NCBI GenBank assembly: GCA_963778115.1
Contig: CAVZSV010000004.1
Location: forward strand, 2,016,001-2,080,000
Source: an uncultured delta proteobacterium
GTDB taxonomy: Bacteria; Bdellovibrionota; FAC87; UBA2466
Direction of reading: 5' to 3'
DNA: 64,000 nt
Position numbers and translations under genes: made by a program. The notes under the pieces are model-generated. The model was given only the letters and a program-made list of their open reading frames with translations, ran no database searches and was not told the DNA's origin. Positions 37,242 to 48,515 of the stretch are shown piece after piece (position 1 is the first letter of the stretch; every line of letters begins with the position of its first letter).

Positions 37242-38394
37242 TGTGGCTCAGATGATTCGCTAAGTAACCGGCAAATACTCCCCCTCCTATCGGAGTAAGC
37301 GCCATCACGCTGGATAAAAGGGCGTATTGAGTTGCTGAAAAATGTTTATCGGTGAGGCTAATTAAATAGGCGGTGAAAGCCGCCGTTCCCATCCCTCCGC
37401 AGATATTTTCTATTCCTACTGAAGTCACCATCATTCCATAATTTTTCCCGAGAAAGGAAAGAGGGACAAAAGCAAGATTGGAGACCGCTTGGAGAAACGC
37501 GAATGTCCATAAGGAACGCTGAAGACCCCATTTCGCGGTAAGCCCTCCTCCCAGCATCGCTCCTACAATCGTCATGGCCATTCCCATCGTCTTGTTGACG
37601 GCTCCGACATCTAATTTGGAAAATCCCAACTGGAAAAGAAAAGGGGAACTCATTTCGCCCGCGACCGCGTCCCCCAATTTATAGAGTAAGACAAGAAAGA
37701 GCATCTCGACAGCCCCCGGCCGTTTGAAAAAACTAAGAAAAGGTTCCACCACGGCATCCCTAATCGACTTGGGAGGTTTCACTTGCACAGCCGGCAGAGG
37801 TGCAAAAAAGGAAGTTACCAGACCTATCCCCATCAGGGCCGCCATAATGAGGTACACGGAACTCCAAGAAATTTTCTCAGCAAGTCCCAGTGCCCCTCCT
37901 CCGGCAACAATAAGAGCGAAGCGCGCTCCCATCACCGTAACTCCCGCACCCGGCCCGCGCTCTTCCGGAGTCAAGAGATCAGCTCGGTAGGCATCGATAA
38001 CGATGTCTTGGCTCGCGCTAAAAAAGGCGACGATGAGAGCAAGAAAGGCGCATTCCCAAGGCAGCGAAAGCGGTTTGGAGAATCCTAGACAGGCAATCGA
38101 GATGATAAGAGCCACTTGAAAAACCGCCATCCACGCAGAACGGCGATGGAGAAAAGGAAGAGAATACCGGTCGATAAAGGGGGACCACAGAAATTTAAAA
38201 GTGTAGGGAAGACCAATGAGAGAAAACAGGCCTATGGTCTTTAAGTTCGCCCCCTCGCTCGCCATCCACGCTTTGAGAGTCCCTTTTACCAAAGGAAGAG
38301 GTAGCCCCGAAGAGAAAGCAAGAAGTAGAGTTACCGCTATTCGGCGATTGGTGAAAACTTCTTTTAGAGTGATGCGTCGTTTGTGTTCTGCCAT
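37231..38394 (-). CDS. ampG: AmpG muropeptide MFS transporter, lacking the final TM helix in this orientation
   Basis: FSSGLP, PYTFKFLWSPFID, SASQDIVIDAYR, LYKLGD, ENICGGMGTAAF, ATQYALLSS; ends abruptly GYLANHLSHMAF*. Confidence 0.9.
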   Translation of the reverse strand: MAEHKRRITLKEVFTNRRIAVTLLLAFSSGLPLPLVKGTLKAWMASEGANLKTIGLFSLIGLPYTFKFLWSPFIDRYSLPFLHRRSAWMAVFQVALIISIACLGFSKPLSLPWECAFLALIVAFFSASQDIVIDAYRADLLTPEERGPGAGVTVMGARFALIVAGGGALGLAEKISWSSVYLIMAALMGIGLVTSFFAPLPAVQVKPPKSIRDAVVEPFLSFFKRPGAVEMLFLVLLYKLGDAVAGEMSSPFLFQLGFSKLDVGAVNKTMGMAMTIVGAMLGGGLTAKWGLQRSLWTFAFLQAVSNLAFVPLSFLGKNYGMMVTSVGIENICGGMGTAAFTAYLISLTDKHFSATQYALLSSVMALTPIGGGVFAGYLANHLSHMAF

Positions 38395-38467
38395 AAAAAG
38401 ATTATGGCAGAGATAAATCAAATTGCCTCAACAAGATTCAACTGCGGCTCAGCATAATAGTTGCCCT

Positions 38468-40051
38468 TTACCGATTCATTAGAGGGCACGCTACTTTCGC
38501 CATCATGGAGGGCTGAAAGTTCGGAGCATTAGGAGCGGTATGACAGGTTCGGCAAGTAGACTCTTGAACCTTCTTGTTGCCGATCGTTTCATTTCCTGGA
38601 TGCCCGACTCTCTCCCCGTGGCAATTTTCGCATTGGACGTCCAAGAACCATTTCAATATCTTTTTTTCACTTTCCAGCCGTTGAATCGTCCTTACATAGC
38701 TACGATGTAATTTGGCGTACCTTGCCGGTTGCAACCTAGAATCTAATGATTTCACGGGCCCTTTGCCAAAAACGTCTTTCATTATTTTTTCGACGAAAGA
38801 GGTTCCCTTCTTGTCTGGAATCTGTGGTGACAAGACATAAGGACGGGCGATCTTTTCAAAGCCACCAGGTTGCTCGAACCCCAACGAATGACATGCAATA
38901 CACTCCGGATCAAAGTGTTGATTCTTGGCGTAAAGAACAATCGCTGCTGCGGCATGATTCGTTTTGGCCCAGAATTCGTACTGCTCCTTGTGGCAGGTCC
39001 TACAAGTCATAACGTTCGCCCGGAAGCGCTCGTCGGTGACAGGCCTAGACGCCGAGAGGGGTAAAGGCGCCTGCACCACATCAATAGGTTCTAGTCCCCG
39101 ACTGCGAATGGTCTCCCGGTAGGCCGCGACGACAGCCGTTACCGCACTCGGTTTGTCGAAAGTATCCTCCATATCAACCAAGAGCGGGTTAGTGACGTTG
39201 GGTTGAGACGAGCTAAGTTCGATCCGTCCCATCTGTTGCCCCTGATACAACGTTTGAACCACCGCGGTCGTTCCGTACACCTCTGGCTTTTGAAGCGAGT
39301 CCAGCGAATGGGAGCCAACGATAAGATCGACGCCTCCCCGCTTTGCAAATTCCCGATCTCTTTCCAAGCCCAGATGTGAAAGTAGGATGACGATTTCAGC
39401 GCCTCCCTTTTTCAACTCCTGCAAAGTTCGGCTAAAGGCCTGCACGGGATCTTCCACCACTACCGACGAGACTCGGCTCATCACATCGGGACTCGTCAAA
39501 CTCATCACTCCCACCTTTTGGCCTTGGAGATCAAAAATATGGAAGTTCTCAAAGAGAGTATTCCCCTGCTGGTCTTTAAGGTTAGACGAGATAAATACAG
39601 CGCCACTTCGTTTTTGAAGATCTCTCAAAAAACCTAACCCCGCCGCAAAATCTCTCTCTCCAGGAGTGAACGCGTCCCAATGCAGTTGGCGGTAACTATC
39701 AGCTATCGTAGCGGCTCGAATCTTTTCTTGTTCGATCCGCCGAGTATTGAGCGGATTGCTTGAGAAAAAGGTGTCTCCGGCATCCACCAAGAGTTGAGTC
39801 CGCTTGCCCAATCCCTTGCGGCTCTCTTCTAAAAAGACAGCCATGCGATTGAGCCCCCCGAGTTGGTGAACTTGGCAACCACAAGGCTCTACCTCCCCTT
39901 GCCGGTTCGCGCTATAAAAGACAGTGAGACGGGGGAAATTCGTTTTTTCAGGAGTAACCGCGCAACCTATTAATATTATAATAGAAAATAGAAAGCTCAG
40001 GGGCCGGGTTCTTGGACGCTTGCCTCGGTCTGTCGTGATGGGATCTAACAT
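38468..40051 (-). CDS. Lipoprotein: UshA-like metallophosphoesterase-fold domain fused to a tetraheme cytochrome c
   Basis: Lipobox LIGC; GEVEPCGC, LVDAGD, LLSHLG; four CxxCH (CRTCH, CIACH, CENCH, CRTCH). Confidence 0.8.
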   Translation of the reverse strand: MLDPITTDRGKRPRTRPLSFLFSIIILIGCAVTPEKTNFPRLTVFYSANRQGEVEPCGCQVHQLGGLNRMAVFLEESRKGLGKRTQLLVDAGDTFFSSNPLNTRRIEQEKIRAATIADSYRQLHWDAFTPGERDFAAGLGFLRDLQKRSGAVFISSNLKDQQGNTLFENFHIFDLQGQKVGVMSLTSPDVMSRVSSVVVEDPVQAFSRTLQELKKGGAEIVILLSHLGLERDREFAKRGGVDLIVGSHSLDSLQKPEVYGTTAVVQTLYQGQQMGRIELSSSQPNVTNPLLVDMEDTFDKPSAVTAVVAAYRETIRSRGLEPIDVVQAPLPLSASRPVTDERFRANVMTCRTCHKEQYEFWAKTNHAAAAIVLYAKNQHFDPECIACHSLGFEQPGGFEKIARPYVLSPQIPDKKGTSFVEKIMKDVFGKGPVKSLDSRLQPARYAKLHRSYVRTIQRLESEKKILKWFLDVQCENCHGERVGHPGNETIGNKKVQESTCRTCHTAPNAPNFQPSMMAKVACPLMNR

Positions 40052-40184
40052 GAAGAAACCTCGTCTCCTTAAAATTAGAAGTGGGTATCACCAGGGCTTC
40101 ATAAGATTGCCATTATCCTGCTTCTTCCATTAGCATGGCTGGCATGTCTTATCATACCCAAGCCTTCTCGAATCGAGGATAGCA

Positions 40185-41159
40185 ATGAGAGTAAATGCGA
40201 CATCAAATGGGAAATTAAATGGCTTCTGGCGAGTCTCCACCGCCCTACTAGCCCTTTGTCTCATCGGATGCGTTAAACCTTCCTCCGAAAGTAAGGAGCA
40301 GATCATTGCCAAAGTAAACGGAGAGCCCATCTCGCTCAAGGAGTTCCAGGTGAACTACCTACAACTCAAAGGAGAACAGGACGAGATCTCTCAAAAGAAT
40401 CCGAAGTTAATGGATCAGCTCAAGACGAGAGCCCTGAACGAAGTCATTATCATCAATCTCCTGCGTCAGGAGGCCGACAAACGAAAACTGCGAATTGCCA
40501 AAGAAGAAGTGGAAGGACGACTGGCCAATTGGAAAGAGGGCTATCCTCCCGGCGGCTTCGAAGAGATGCTTCGCAAACAAAATACGACGGAAGACTTTCT
40601 AAAGAAGCGGATCGAAGACCAGCTTCTCATTGAAAAGGTAACGGCGGAGACCTTCGTTGCGGAGACACGGGTTTCCGATGACGAGATGAAAGCCTATTAC
40701 AAAGACCATGAAAATGAGTTCGCCCGCCCCGAAAGGCTCCACGTCTTTCAGATCTTGGTTCCCACCAAAGAGGAGGCCGAGAAGATTCGACAAGAGATTG
40801 TTTCTGGAAAACTCACCTTTGAGTCGGCAGCTCGGCAATACTCGACCAGCCCCGATGCTTCCAAAGGGGGTGATCTTGGCTTCTTCTCTAAGAACGAGAA
40901 AATTCCGGCATTTAACGAGTCATTCAACTTGGCCGTAGGAGCTATTTCCAAGCCTGTTACTAGTCCCTACGGGACCCATTTACTTAAGACCGTCGAAAAA
41001 CAGCCGGCCAAAAAACTTAACTACAATGAAGCCAAAGATGATATCGTGAGAGCCCTTAAACGGCAGAAAGAGGTCCGAGTATATAAGGAATGGGTGACTA
41101 AACTGCTGAAGGATGGAGAGATTTACCGCAATGAGGCTTTGTTTACTAATATTTCTTAG
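40185..41159 (+). CDS. PrsA/SurA-like parvulin PPIase lipoprotein
   Basis: LIGC lipobox, IAKVNGEPI, FESAARQYS..PDASKGGDLG, SPYGTH. Confidence 0.88.
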   Translation: MRVNATSNGKLNGFWRVSTALLALCLIGCVKPSSESKEQIIAKVNGEPISLKEFQVNYLQLKGEQDEISQKNPKLMDQLKTRALNEVIIINLLRQEADKRKLRIAKEEVEGRLANWKEGYPPGGFEEMLRKQNTTEDFLKKRIEDQLLIEKVTAETFVAETRVSDDEMKAYYKDHENEFARPERLHVFQILVPTKEEAEKIRQEIVSGKLTFESAARQYSTSPDASKGGDLGFFSKNEKIPAFNESFNLAVGAISKPVTSPYGTHLLKTVEKQPAKKLNYNEAKDDIVRALKRQKEVRVYKEWVTKLLKDGEIYRNEALFTNIS

Positions 41160-42135
41160 CGTCGTCGCACTTTCGTTTGCACTAGTCCCTGCCCCACTTG
41201 TCCACGCGGCTCGAAAAGTACTCGATAAGAGTGTCGTGACGGTAAATGACGAGGTCATCTTACAATCTGACGTAGACGCGTTTCAGAAGAAAATTCGATC
41301 GAAAAGTTTTCAAGAGCTCTTTGGGGGTGTGGACGAAAAGACCGCCAACGATCCGAATAAGATCTTACAACTTTTAATTGAAGAGAAGATCATCAATCAG
41401 CAAGTCAAAAAACTTGAACTCTCTGCATCCGATCAGGAGATCGATGGCCAAATCCGCGCTATCGCCAAGCGAAACGGAATCACCGAAGCTCAGCTCACTG
41501 ACCGACTGAAGCAATTGGGCACCACGATGACTGAGTACCGTGACGGCATCAAACGGCAAATAGAACGGAAAAACCTGGTTGATCGAGAGATCCGTCCCAA
41601 TATGGAAATTTCGGAGGAAGATCTCCGCCACTATTACCAAAGAAATGCAAAACCGGAAGACTCGGAGACGCAATTTAAAGTTGCCCAAATCCTAATCGAC
41701 TCCGCTCCTAAGGGCGGGGTGCTCGCGGCGGATCGCGCCAAGACGGTTTGGAAAGAGGTCTCCGCTAAGCCTAGCGAGTTTGAAGCGGCGGCGAAGCAAT
41801 ATTCCGACGACAGTTCCAATGCGTCGACCGGCGGAGTCTTGGGCTACTTTTCCATTTCTCAGTTAGCCAAGGAATTCAGAGATGCCGTCAAGAAGACTCC
41901 CGTGGGGCAAGTCACCGAGCCCATTAAGACAGCGGCGGGTTTCCATATCCTTAAAGTTCTTGAGACACGTGCCGGAGATTTTGCGAGTCTTCCGAAGGAT
42001 CGCAGAGATGCCCTCCAGAGCCAAATGCAGGCGGAAGAGCTCGAAAAGAGAATGGGAATGTGGCTAGAGCGAAAAAAGCACGAAGCTTTCATCCGGCGTG
42101 CGGACGACAAGGAATATCGCAATGCTAGTAAGTGA
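41131..42135 (+). CDS. surA: SurA-like periplasmic chaperone/PPIase
   Basis: VVTVNDEVILQSD, IAKRNGIT, FEAAAKQYSDD…GGVLG, PIKTAAGFHILK; start 41131 or 41113. Confidence 0.75.
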   Translation: MRLCLLIFLSVVALSFALVPAPLVHAARKVLDKSVVTVNDEVILQSDVDAFQKKIRSKSFQELFGGVDEKTANDPNKILQLLIEEKIINQQVKKLELSASDQEIDGQIRAIAKRNGITEAQLTDRLKQLGTTMTEYRDGIKRQIERKNLVDREIRPNMEISEEDLRHYYQRNAKPEDSETQFKVAQILIDSAPKGGVLAADRAKTVWKEVSAKPSEFEAAAKQYSDDSSNASTGGVLGYFSISQLAKEFRDAVKKTPVGQVTEPIKTAAGFHILKVLETRAGDFASLPKDRRDALQSQMQAEELEKRMGMWLERKKHEAFIRRADDKEYRNASK

Positions 42136-43483
42136 AAAGATATTTCGTGAGTATGACATCAGAGGCGTTGCCGACAATGACCTAACGGATCCCGTGATCG
42201 AGGCCATTGCCCGGGGAATTTCGACGTTACTTAAAAGGTCCAATAACGCGAAAAAGATCACCTTAGGTCGGGACTGCCGAAGTAGCTCTCCACGAATAGC
42301 CAAAGCGCTCGCAAAGGGTTTTCAGAAAAGTGGCATTGATGTCATAGAAGTAGGACTCGTGCCGACCCCTCTTCTTTATTTCTCGATTGCTCATTTGAAA
42401 GCCGATGGTGGTGTAATGATCACCGGAAGCCACAATCCCTCGGAATATAACGGCCTAAAGGTATGCGTTGGCCCCGCTACCATTCATGGGGAAGAGATCC
42501 AAGAGATCCGTAAGATCATCGAGAAAGAAGATTTCCCGTCGGGAAATGGAAAGAGCGAACAACAAGAGATCATCCCGACTTATATCGATTATGTTTGTAA
42601 GAACATCCGCCACCCTATTCCGCTAAAAATTGTTATCGATAGCGGCAACGGGATGGCGGGAATTGTTGCCCCAGAGCTTTATCGTCGATTGGGCTGCGAA
42701 GTCACCGATCTTTACTCGGAATTAGACGGCACGTTTCCTAACCATCATCCTGATCCAACCGTAATGGAGAACTTAGCTGACCTGAAAAGCAAAGTGGGAA
42801 GTCTTGGAGCTGTCGTAGGAATTGGATTTGACGGCGATGCCGATCGTATCGGCGTGGTAGATCAGTCGGGAAGGATTCTCTTTGGAGATGAGCTCTTGGT
42901 ATTGTATGCGCGCGAGCTATTGAAGACGAAACCCGGCGCCAGAGTAATCTCAGAGGTCAAAGCTTCTCACAGGTTATTCCAAGATGTCGAGTCTCATGGG
43001 GGGCAGCCAATCCTCTGGAAAACGGGCCATAGTCTTATCAAAGCGAAAATGAAAGAGACCGGAGCATTGCTGGCCGGTGAAATGAGCGGCCATATGTTTT
43101 TTGCCGATCGTTACTTTGGCTTTGACGACGCTATTTACGCCGGAGCGAGATTACTCGAGTTACTTCACGAAAACAAAAGTACTCCTGTTAAATTACTTTC
43201 TGATCTTCCTAAATCTTTTTCCACTCCCGAAATTCGGGTCGAGTGCCCGGATGACAAGAAGTTCGACGTCGTAGCCAAAGCTCGCGATGCCCTCCAAGCC
43301 AAGGGGTTCCAGGTCAATGGAATCGACGGCGCTCGAGTCGAATTCGGTGATGGATGGGGACTGGTGCGTGCTTCAAACACTCAGCCCGTTCTTGTTTATC
43401 GTTTCGAAGCCTCCTCCGAGAAGCGTCTTAACGAGATTCGCGGCATCGTTGAAGGAACGGTTTCGCAATTTCTTTCCCGGTGA
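42122..43483 (+). CDS. Phosphomannomutase/phosphoglucomutase
   Basis: [34 protein letters not shown]. Confidence 0.95.
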   Translation: MLVSEKIFREYDIRGVADNDLTDPVIEAIARGISTLLKRSNNAKKITLGRDCRSSSPRIAKALAKGFQKSGIDVIEVGLVPTPLLYFSIAHLKADGGVMITGSHNPSEYNGLKVCVGPATIHGEEIQEIRKIIEKEDFPSGNGKSEQQEIIPTYIDYVCKNIRHPIPLKIVIDSGNGMAGIVAPELYRRLGCEVTDLYSELDGTFPNHHPDPTVMENLADLKSKVGSLGAVVGIGFDGDADRIGVVDQSGRILFGDELLVLYARELLKTKPGARVISEVKASHRLFQDVESHGGQPILWKTGHSLIKAKMKETGALLAGEMSGHMFFADRYFGFDDAIYAGARLLELLHENKSTPVKLLSDLPKSFSTPEIRVECPDDKKFDVVAKARDALQAKGFQVNGIDGARVEFGDGWGLVRASNTQPVLVYRFEASSEKRLNEIRGIVEGTVSQFLSR

Positions 43484-43486
43484 GCC

Positions 43487-46372
43487 GTGGAGAGAGCAAT
43501 CATCATAAAAGGTGCCCGCGAGCACAACCTGAAAAATATCTCTCTTACCATTCCGCGCGATAAATTAGTGGTGGTAACCGGGCTTAGCGGATCGGGAAAA
43601 TCCTCCCTGGCCTTCGATACCGTTTACGCAGAAGGCCAGCGCCGCTATTTGGAGTCGCTGTCCGCTTACGCTCGTCAATTTCTCGAGCAGATGAAAAAGC
43701 CCGAAGTAGACTCGATAGATGGGCTCTCCCCTTCCATCTCCATCGAGCAGAAAAATATCTCTCGTAACCCGCGCTCTACGGTAGGAACGGTCACGGAGAT
43801 CTACGACTACCTTCGCCTTCTCTATGCCCGAGTGGGAACTCCTCACTGTTTTTCTTGTGGTAAACCCATTCAAAGCCAAACCATTCAGCAGATCGTAGAC
43901 CAGATCATGACGTTCGCCGAAGGGGCGAAGTTTTCTGTAATGGCTCCGATAGTGAGAGGCAAAAAAGGGGAGTACCAAAAGGAGCTCACCGAGCTACGGA
44001 GCCAAGGGTTTGTGCGTGCCCGTATCGATAATAATGAGGTTAACCTCTCTTCTCCCCTTAAGCTTCAAAAGAGCTTGAAGCACGACATATCCATTTATGT
44101 GGATAGACTTGTCTTGAAAGCGGGAATTGAGAGTCGGTTGGCCGAGGCTTTGGAAATCGCCACTCGAATTGCCGGAGGGCTGGCTGAAATTGCATTTTCA
44201 GATGAGCTTAAACCCCGTTTTTATTCGACGAAATTTGCCTGCGCCGATTGCGGGACTTCTTTCCCTGAGGTCGAGCCGAGAAGTTTCTCTTTTAACAGTC
44301 CCCATGGAGCGTGCCCGGCTTGTAATGGGATTGGAACCGAAGATCGTATTGACGCCAGCAGAGTCGTTGCGAACCCCGATCTCTCTATTAAAGACGGCGC
44401 GATAGAACCTTTGGCTCAAGAGATCCTCCCGTGGAAGGACGCTGTCTTTAAGCAGTTAGCCTCAGCTTTTAAGTTCGATCTAGAAAAGCCTTTTAAGAGC
44501 TTTCCCGCAAAAGTTCAAAACCTAATCCTTTATGGATCTAAAGAAGAGATAGAATTCAGCGCTCAGACTAAATCGAAAACTCATACCTTCAAGCAAGCCT
44601 TTGAAGGAGTAATCCCTGCCCTTCAACAGATGTGGAAAGAGGCGGAGTCCTATTCTCAAATCTCGGAACTAGAACCCTATATTGCCTATCAGCCGTGCAG
44701 CACGTGCAAAGGAACTCGTCTTCAGAAGGAGATCCTTTTTGTCACGATAGAGGGGAAAAATATTTCCGAATTTTGTGAGATGAATGTCGATACCTGTGCT
44801 GCGTTCGTGAAGACCATAAAACTTCCAAAACATAAACAACTTATCTCCGTACCCATTCTAAAAGAGATCGAATCTAGACTTTCTTTTTTGAGTAACGTGG
44901 GATTGTCCTATCTCACTCTCTCTCGATCGGCCGCAACACTTTCCGGTGGCGAAGCTCAGCGCATCCGACTGGCCACTCAAATTGGAAGCAATCTTGTGGG
45001 CGTGCTCTATATTTTAGACGAGCCCAGTATTGGCCTTCATCAGCGAGATAACGAGAAGTTGATCAAAACGCTGGAACGACTTAGAGATCAGGGCAATTCC
45101 GTCATTGTTGTGGAACATGACGAGGAGACCATTGAACGAGCGGACCTTGTCATCGATATCGGACCCGGGGCGGGAGAGCACGGAGGAAATGTTGTCTTTA
45201 TCGGAACGCCCGAGGCGCTCAAGAAAGACCCCGGCAGTCTCACCGGCCAGTACCTTTCTCAAAGAAGTGTCATTCCGATCCCGGCGGAACGCAGAAAGGG
45301 AGATCCAGAAAAGACTCTTACGATTAAGGGTGCGCGTGAGCACAATCTGAAAAACGTAAATCTCACGATCCCTTTGGGTACGTTTATGGTCATTACCGGG
45401 GTCTCAGGCTCAGGGAAGAGTAGCCTTATCATCGATACTTTGATGCCTGCTCTGGAAAACCGTCTTCGCGGAAATAAGAATCAGATCGCCAAATGTGATT
45501 CGATCGAGGGTTTGGACCACTTGGACAAGGTAGTCCATGTCGATCAAAGTCCTATTGGACGCACTCCTCGTTCCAATCCAGCAACCTATACGGGCCTTTT
45601 TGGGGATATTCGAGGCCTCTTTGCGGAACTTCCGGAGTCTAAGGTACGCGGGTATTCCGCTTCTCGTTTCTCGTTCAACGTTCAGGGCGGCCGCTGTGAA
45701 GCCTGTTCGGGCGACGGAACCATTAAGATAAGCATGCATTTTTTGCCAGATGTCTTTGTCGAGTGCGAAGTTTGCCATGGCAAACGATATAATCGAGAGA
45801 CTTTAGAGGTTCTCTACCGAGGAAAGAATATCGCCGATGTACTCGCCATGACTTGTGAACATGCGCTCGGTTTTTTTGAACGAGTCCCCTCAATACGTTC
45901 CAAGCTTCAAGTGCTCAACGAAGTGGGATTAGGATACATCCAGGTGGGACAAAGTGCGGTGACTCTCTCGGGCGGCGAAGCCCAACGAATCAAGCTCGCC
46001 AAGGAGCTTAATCGCAGAGCCACAGGCAAAACGATCTACATTCTGGATGAACCCACCACCGGACTTCACTTTGACGATGTAAAGAAGCTCCTTCAGATCT
46101 TGGCCGCCCTGGTTAACCAGGGAAACACGGTCATCGTCATCGAACACAATTTGGACGTAATTAAACAGGCCGATCAAATTATAGATCTCGGTCCTGAAGG
46201 TGGTGATGCCGGCGGAAAGATTATCTTTCAGGGAACTCCAGAAGATATTTGCCGGCGAGAAGATTCTCACACCGGCAAATATCTAGCTAAAGTATTTAAA
46301 AGGTATGAAGAGATGAATAAACGTTTGAAGATCAGATCTTCAAAACGAGCATCACCACAATACCAAGCGTGA
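43487..46372 (+). CDS. uvrA: Excinuclease ABC subunit A
   Basis: GAREHNLKN twice, [23 protein letters not shown] twice, zinc fingers. Confidence 0.98.
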   Translation: MERAIIIKGAREHNLKNISLTIPRDKLVVVTGLSGSGKSSLAFDTVYAEGQRRYLESLSAYARQFLEQMKKPEVDSIDGLSPSISIEQKNISRNPRSTVGTVTEIYDYLRLLYARVGTPHCFSCGKPIQSQTIQQIVDQIMTFAEGAKFSVMAPIVRGKKGEYQKELTELRSQGFVRARIDNNEVNLSSPLKLQKSLKHDISIYVDRLVLKAGIESRLAEALEIATRIAGGLAEIAFSDELKPRFYSTKFACADCGTSFPEVEPRSFSFNSPHGACPACNGIGTEDRIDASRVVANPDLSIKDGAIEPLAQEILPWKDAVFKQLASAFKFDLEKPFKSFPAKVQNLILYGSKEEIEFSAQTKSKTHTFKQAFEGVIPALQQMWKEAESYSQISELEPYIAYQPCSTCKGTRLQKEILFVTIEGKNISEFCEMNVDTCAAFVKTIKLPKHKQLISVPILKEIESRLSFLSNVGLSYLTLSRSAATLSGGEAQRIRLATQIGSNLVGVLYILDEPSIGLHQRDNEKLIKTLERLRDQGNSVIVVEHDEETIERADLVIDIGPGAGEHGGNVVFIGTPEALKKDPGSLTGQYLSQRSVIPIPAERRKGDPEKTLTIKGAREHNLKNVNLTIPLGTFMVITGVSGSGKSSLIIDTLMPALENRLRGNKNQIAKCDSIEGLDHLDKVVHVDQSPIGRTPRSNPATYTGLFGDIRGLFAELPESKVRGYSASRFSFNVQGGRCEACSGDGTIKISMHFLPDVFVECEVCHGKRYNRETLEVLYRGKNIADVLAMTCEHALGFFERVPSIRSKLQVLNEVGLGYIQVGQSAVTLSGGEAQRIKLAKELNRRATGKTIYILDEPTTGLHFDDVKKLLQILAALVNQGNTVIVIEHNLDVIKQADQIIDLGPEGGDAGGKIIFQGTPEDICRREDSHTGKYLAKVFKRYEEMNKRLKIRSSKRASPQYQA

Positions 46373-46664
46373 AGATGACTAGTGTTTCTACGAACACTAA
46401 GCTCAGAATAAGCTGGGTCTTCATCACTTTCTCAGCACCTGGATTTCGAGAAGCACCTTCCATGTAGGAAGCTGCAATCCGGCCCTGGGCCGTCGCCGCG
46501 GCGATCACCGCAAGCGCGATTCCCATGGCGGCCGCAGGAGCTCCCCACGGTCCCGCAGGTCCGGCTGCTGCCACCGCTTCTGCGGCAAAAGACGTCACTG
46601 GTATAAGAGACGGAAATAGCGCGCCGGCTATCCACAGCCACGAATATTTAGACAAGGTTTTCAT
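46332..46664 (-). CDS. atpE: ATP synthase F0 subunit c with signal-peptide-like N-terminal extension
   Basis: AQG…SRNP…VETLVIF hairpin with the ion-binding Glu; GGAGG SD. Confidence 0.9.
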   Translation of the reverse strand: MKTLSKYSWLWIAGALFPSLIPVTSFAAEAVAAAGPAGPWGAPAAAMGIALAVIAAATAQGRIAASYMEGASRNPGAEKVMKTQLILSLVFVETLVIFTLGIVVMLVLKI

Positions 46665-46724
46665 CTGTTCCTCCTGCGTCCTACCGACAAAGATAGACCC
46701 GCCATCTTAGCTGCCTTAAAGCCG

Positions 46725-47441
46725 CTAGTGTGATTCATGCTCGGTTGCCAACTGAATATAGACAGCAGTCAACGTAGCAAAAACAAAGGCCTGTATCGTA
46801 CAAACAACAACTCCAAAAAGCAATAGAGGAACCGGCACGATCCAAGCGATTAAGTCTGAAAAGGTGTGCACGATAGTGTGGTCCATTTTCAGGTTAAGCG
46901 AAAGCCGATATCCCAGGGTAATGGGGCGTAAGAGATGGGAGATAATCTCAAAAAAGGCGACGACACCACCTACGAGAAGCCCCAAACCCATCAGGTAATG
47001 TTCCAAGTAACCTTTAAAGCCATGTGATTTGATGCCCATGGCGTTGAAATAGACGAAAGTGCAAAGACCCAGCGCCAGACTCATATTCACATCCGAGGTC
47101 GGAGCACTGGACATCGGGAGTAATCCCATTAGGTTGCCAAAAAGAATAAAAATAAATAGCGATGCGATGAAAGGAAAATATTTCCCGGTGTCTTTCCCCA
47201 GGGTTCCCGCAATCAAGTTGTAAGTCGCTTCAATAAGAAGATCCGCAAAACCGACGATGCTGAATTTCGCTTCAGGAATAAGATGGTGTTCCTGCCGGCC
47301 TTTAATGAGGATATTGGCCAAAATGGAGAACACACTAATGAAAAGAAACAGCAACACCGCCGCATTCACATTCAAGAACTCAGGTTCGTGAGGTAAAAGC
47401 GGAAGATGAAGAAGCCAACTTGTGGGGCCGTGGTGTTCCAA
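46725..47441 (-). CDS. atpB: ATP synthase F0 subunit a
   Basis: GNLMGLLP, APTSD, LRPITLGYRL, IQAFVFATLTAVYI; TTG start after GAGG. Confidence 0.93.
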   Translation of the reverse strand: MEHHGPTSWLLHLPLLPHEPEFLNVNAAVLLFLFISVFSILANILIKGRQEHHLIPEAKFSIVGFADLLIEATYNLIAGTLGKDTGKYFPFIASLFIFILFGNLMGLLPMSSAPTSDVNMSLALGLCTFVYFNAMGIKSHGFKGYLEHYLMGLGLLVGGVVAFFEIISHLLRPITLGYRLSLNLKMDHTIVHTFSDLIAWIVPVPLLLFGVVVCTIQAFVFATLTAVYIQLATEHESH

Positions 47442-47560
47442 TATCGTCCTCTAAATCTTTTGTACTTACCCGGATCAAAGCGGGATTTCAACCTCGATGT
47501 TTCCAGAGAAAAAAGGGGGAGCCCCTTGCGGAATGGCCCTTCCAAGGTAAGAATCAGCCC

Positions 47561-48202
47561 ATGAATTTTCAAAATGAGTCGATTAACGAATATTGCGTTC
47601 AACACAGTGCGGTGCCCTCGGACGTCTGCGCCGAAATCGCCGACTACACCAGGGCGAATGTTCCCATGGCGGTCATGCTGACCGGCCCCCAAGAGGCTAG
47701 CTTCCTGGGATTTCTTATCCGCTCGATCGCGGCAAAACGCGTCCTCGAGGTAGGCTCCTTTACGGGCTATTCGGCATTGGCCATGGCGGAGAACCTTCCG
47801 CCAGACGGAGAGGTTATTACGCTGGATATCAATCCAGAGACCAACGCTATCGCAAAAAGGTTTTGGGCAAAGAGTCCCCACGGTACCAAGATTAAGTCCT
47901 TTCTAGGCCCCGCCTCCGATACCTTCAAGGCTTTGAAAGGGCAGTTCGATTTCGTCTTTATCGACGCAGATAAGGTCGGCTATTCCCAGTACTTCAACCT
48001 GGCTCTTCCCCTACTCTCCCCGCATGGGATTATCGCTTGCGACAATTGCCTGTACGGCGGCGACGTTCTGCAGAGTAACCCCACGAATGAAGGGGCCATC
48101 GCCATCAAGAAGTTCAATGAGGAGATCAAAAGTAGAAAAGATCTCTATGCGACTTTGACCCCAATTCGAGATGGGGTCTTGCTGATTACGAAGCGTTATT
48201 AA
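47561..48202 (+). CDS. Class I SAM-dependent O-methyltransferase (CCoAOMT/COMT-like)
   Basis: RVLEVGSFTGYSAL, FDFVFIDADK, DNCLY.G, PIRDG. Confidence 0.92.
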   Translation: MNFQNESINEYCVQHSAVPSDVCAEIADYTRANVPMAVMLTGPQEASFLGFLIRSIAAKRVLEVGSFTGYSALAMAENLPPDGEVITLDINPETNAIAKRFWAKSPHGTKIKSFLGPASDTFKALKGQFDFVFIDADKVGYSQYFNLALPLLSPHGIIACDNCLYGGDVLQSNPTNEGAIAIKKFNEEIKSRKDLYATLTPIRDGVLLITKRY

Positions 48203-48228
48203 ACTGGCGATAGGGTTTGTCGAAGTCT

Positions 48229-48270
48229 GTCATTGAGGAGCAGGAGCGAAGCGATCGGGCGAAGCAATCT
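48229..48270. repeat. REP-like element GTCATTG…GGAGCGAAGCGA…GAAGCAATCT
   Basis: Related in reverse orientation to 7918-7974; lies between convergent genes. Confidence 0.65.
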
Positions 48271-48302
48271 CCCCGAATAAGTACCCCCCAAGGTAAAGTC
48301 TC

Positions 48303-48515
48303 CTACGGCTTCGCCTTATTCGCCACAAAAAGCACCCACCCCAAACCGAGTACGATCCCCACTAACAGCCCCCCAATGGCAAACAGCGGTGAAGTGCTCG
48401 TCATAACGTCAAGCCGGTGCCCTAACCAGTAGCTCCCAAACACCACACATCCCATGACCATGACAGCACTCGACATAGCCGCCGAAAAACGCATGAGTTT
48501 CAGATCAAGCTTCAT
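48303..48515 (-). CDS. AtpZ/AtpI family small membrane protein
   Basis: G.WLGHRLD…TSPLFAIGGLLVG pattern; start overlaps the TPR gene stop. Confidence 0.8.
   Translation of the reverse strand: MKLDLKLMRFSAAMSSAVMVMGCVVFGSYWLGHRLDVMTSTSPLFAIGGLLVGIVLGLGWVLFVANKAKP

Noticed and set aside
39870..39890. Selenocysteine in the PCGC motif
   Set aside because: Both Cys codons are TGT/TGC, not TGA
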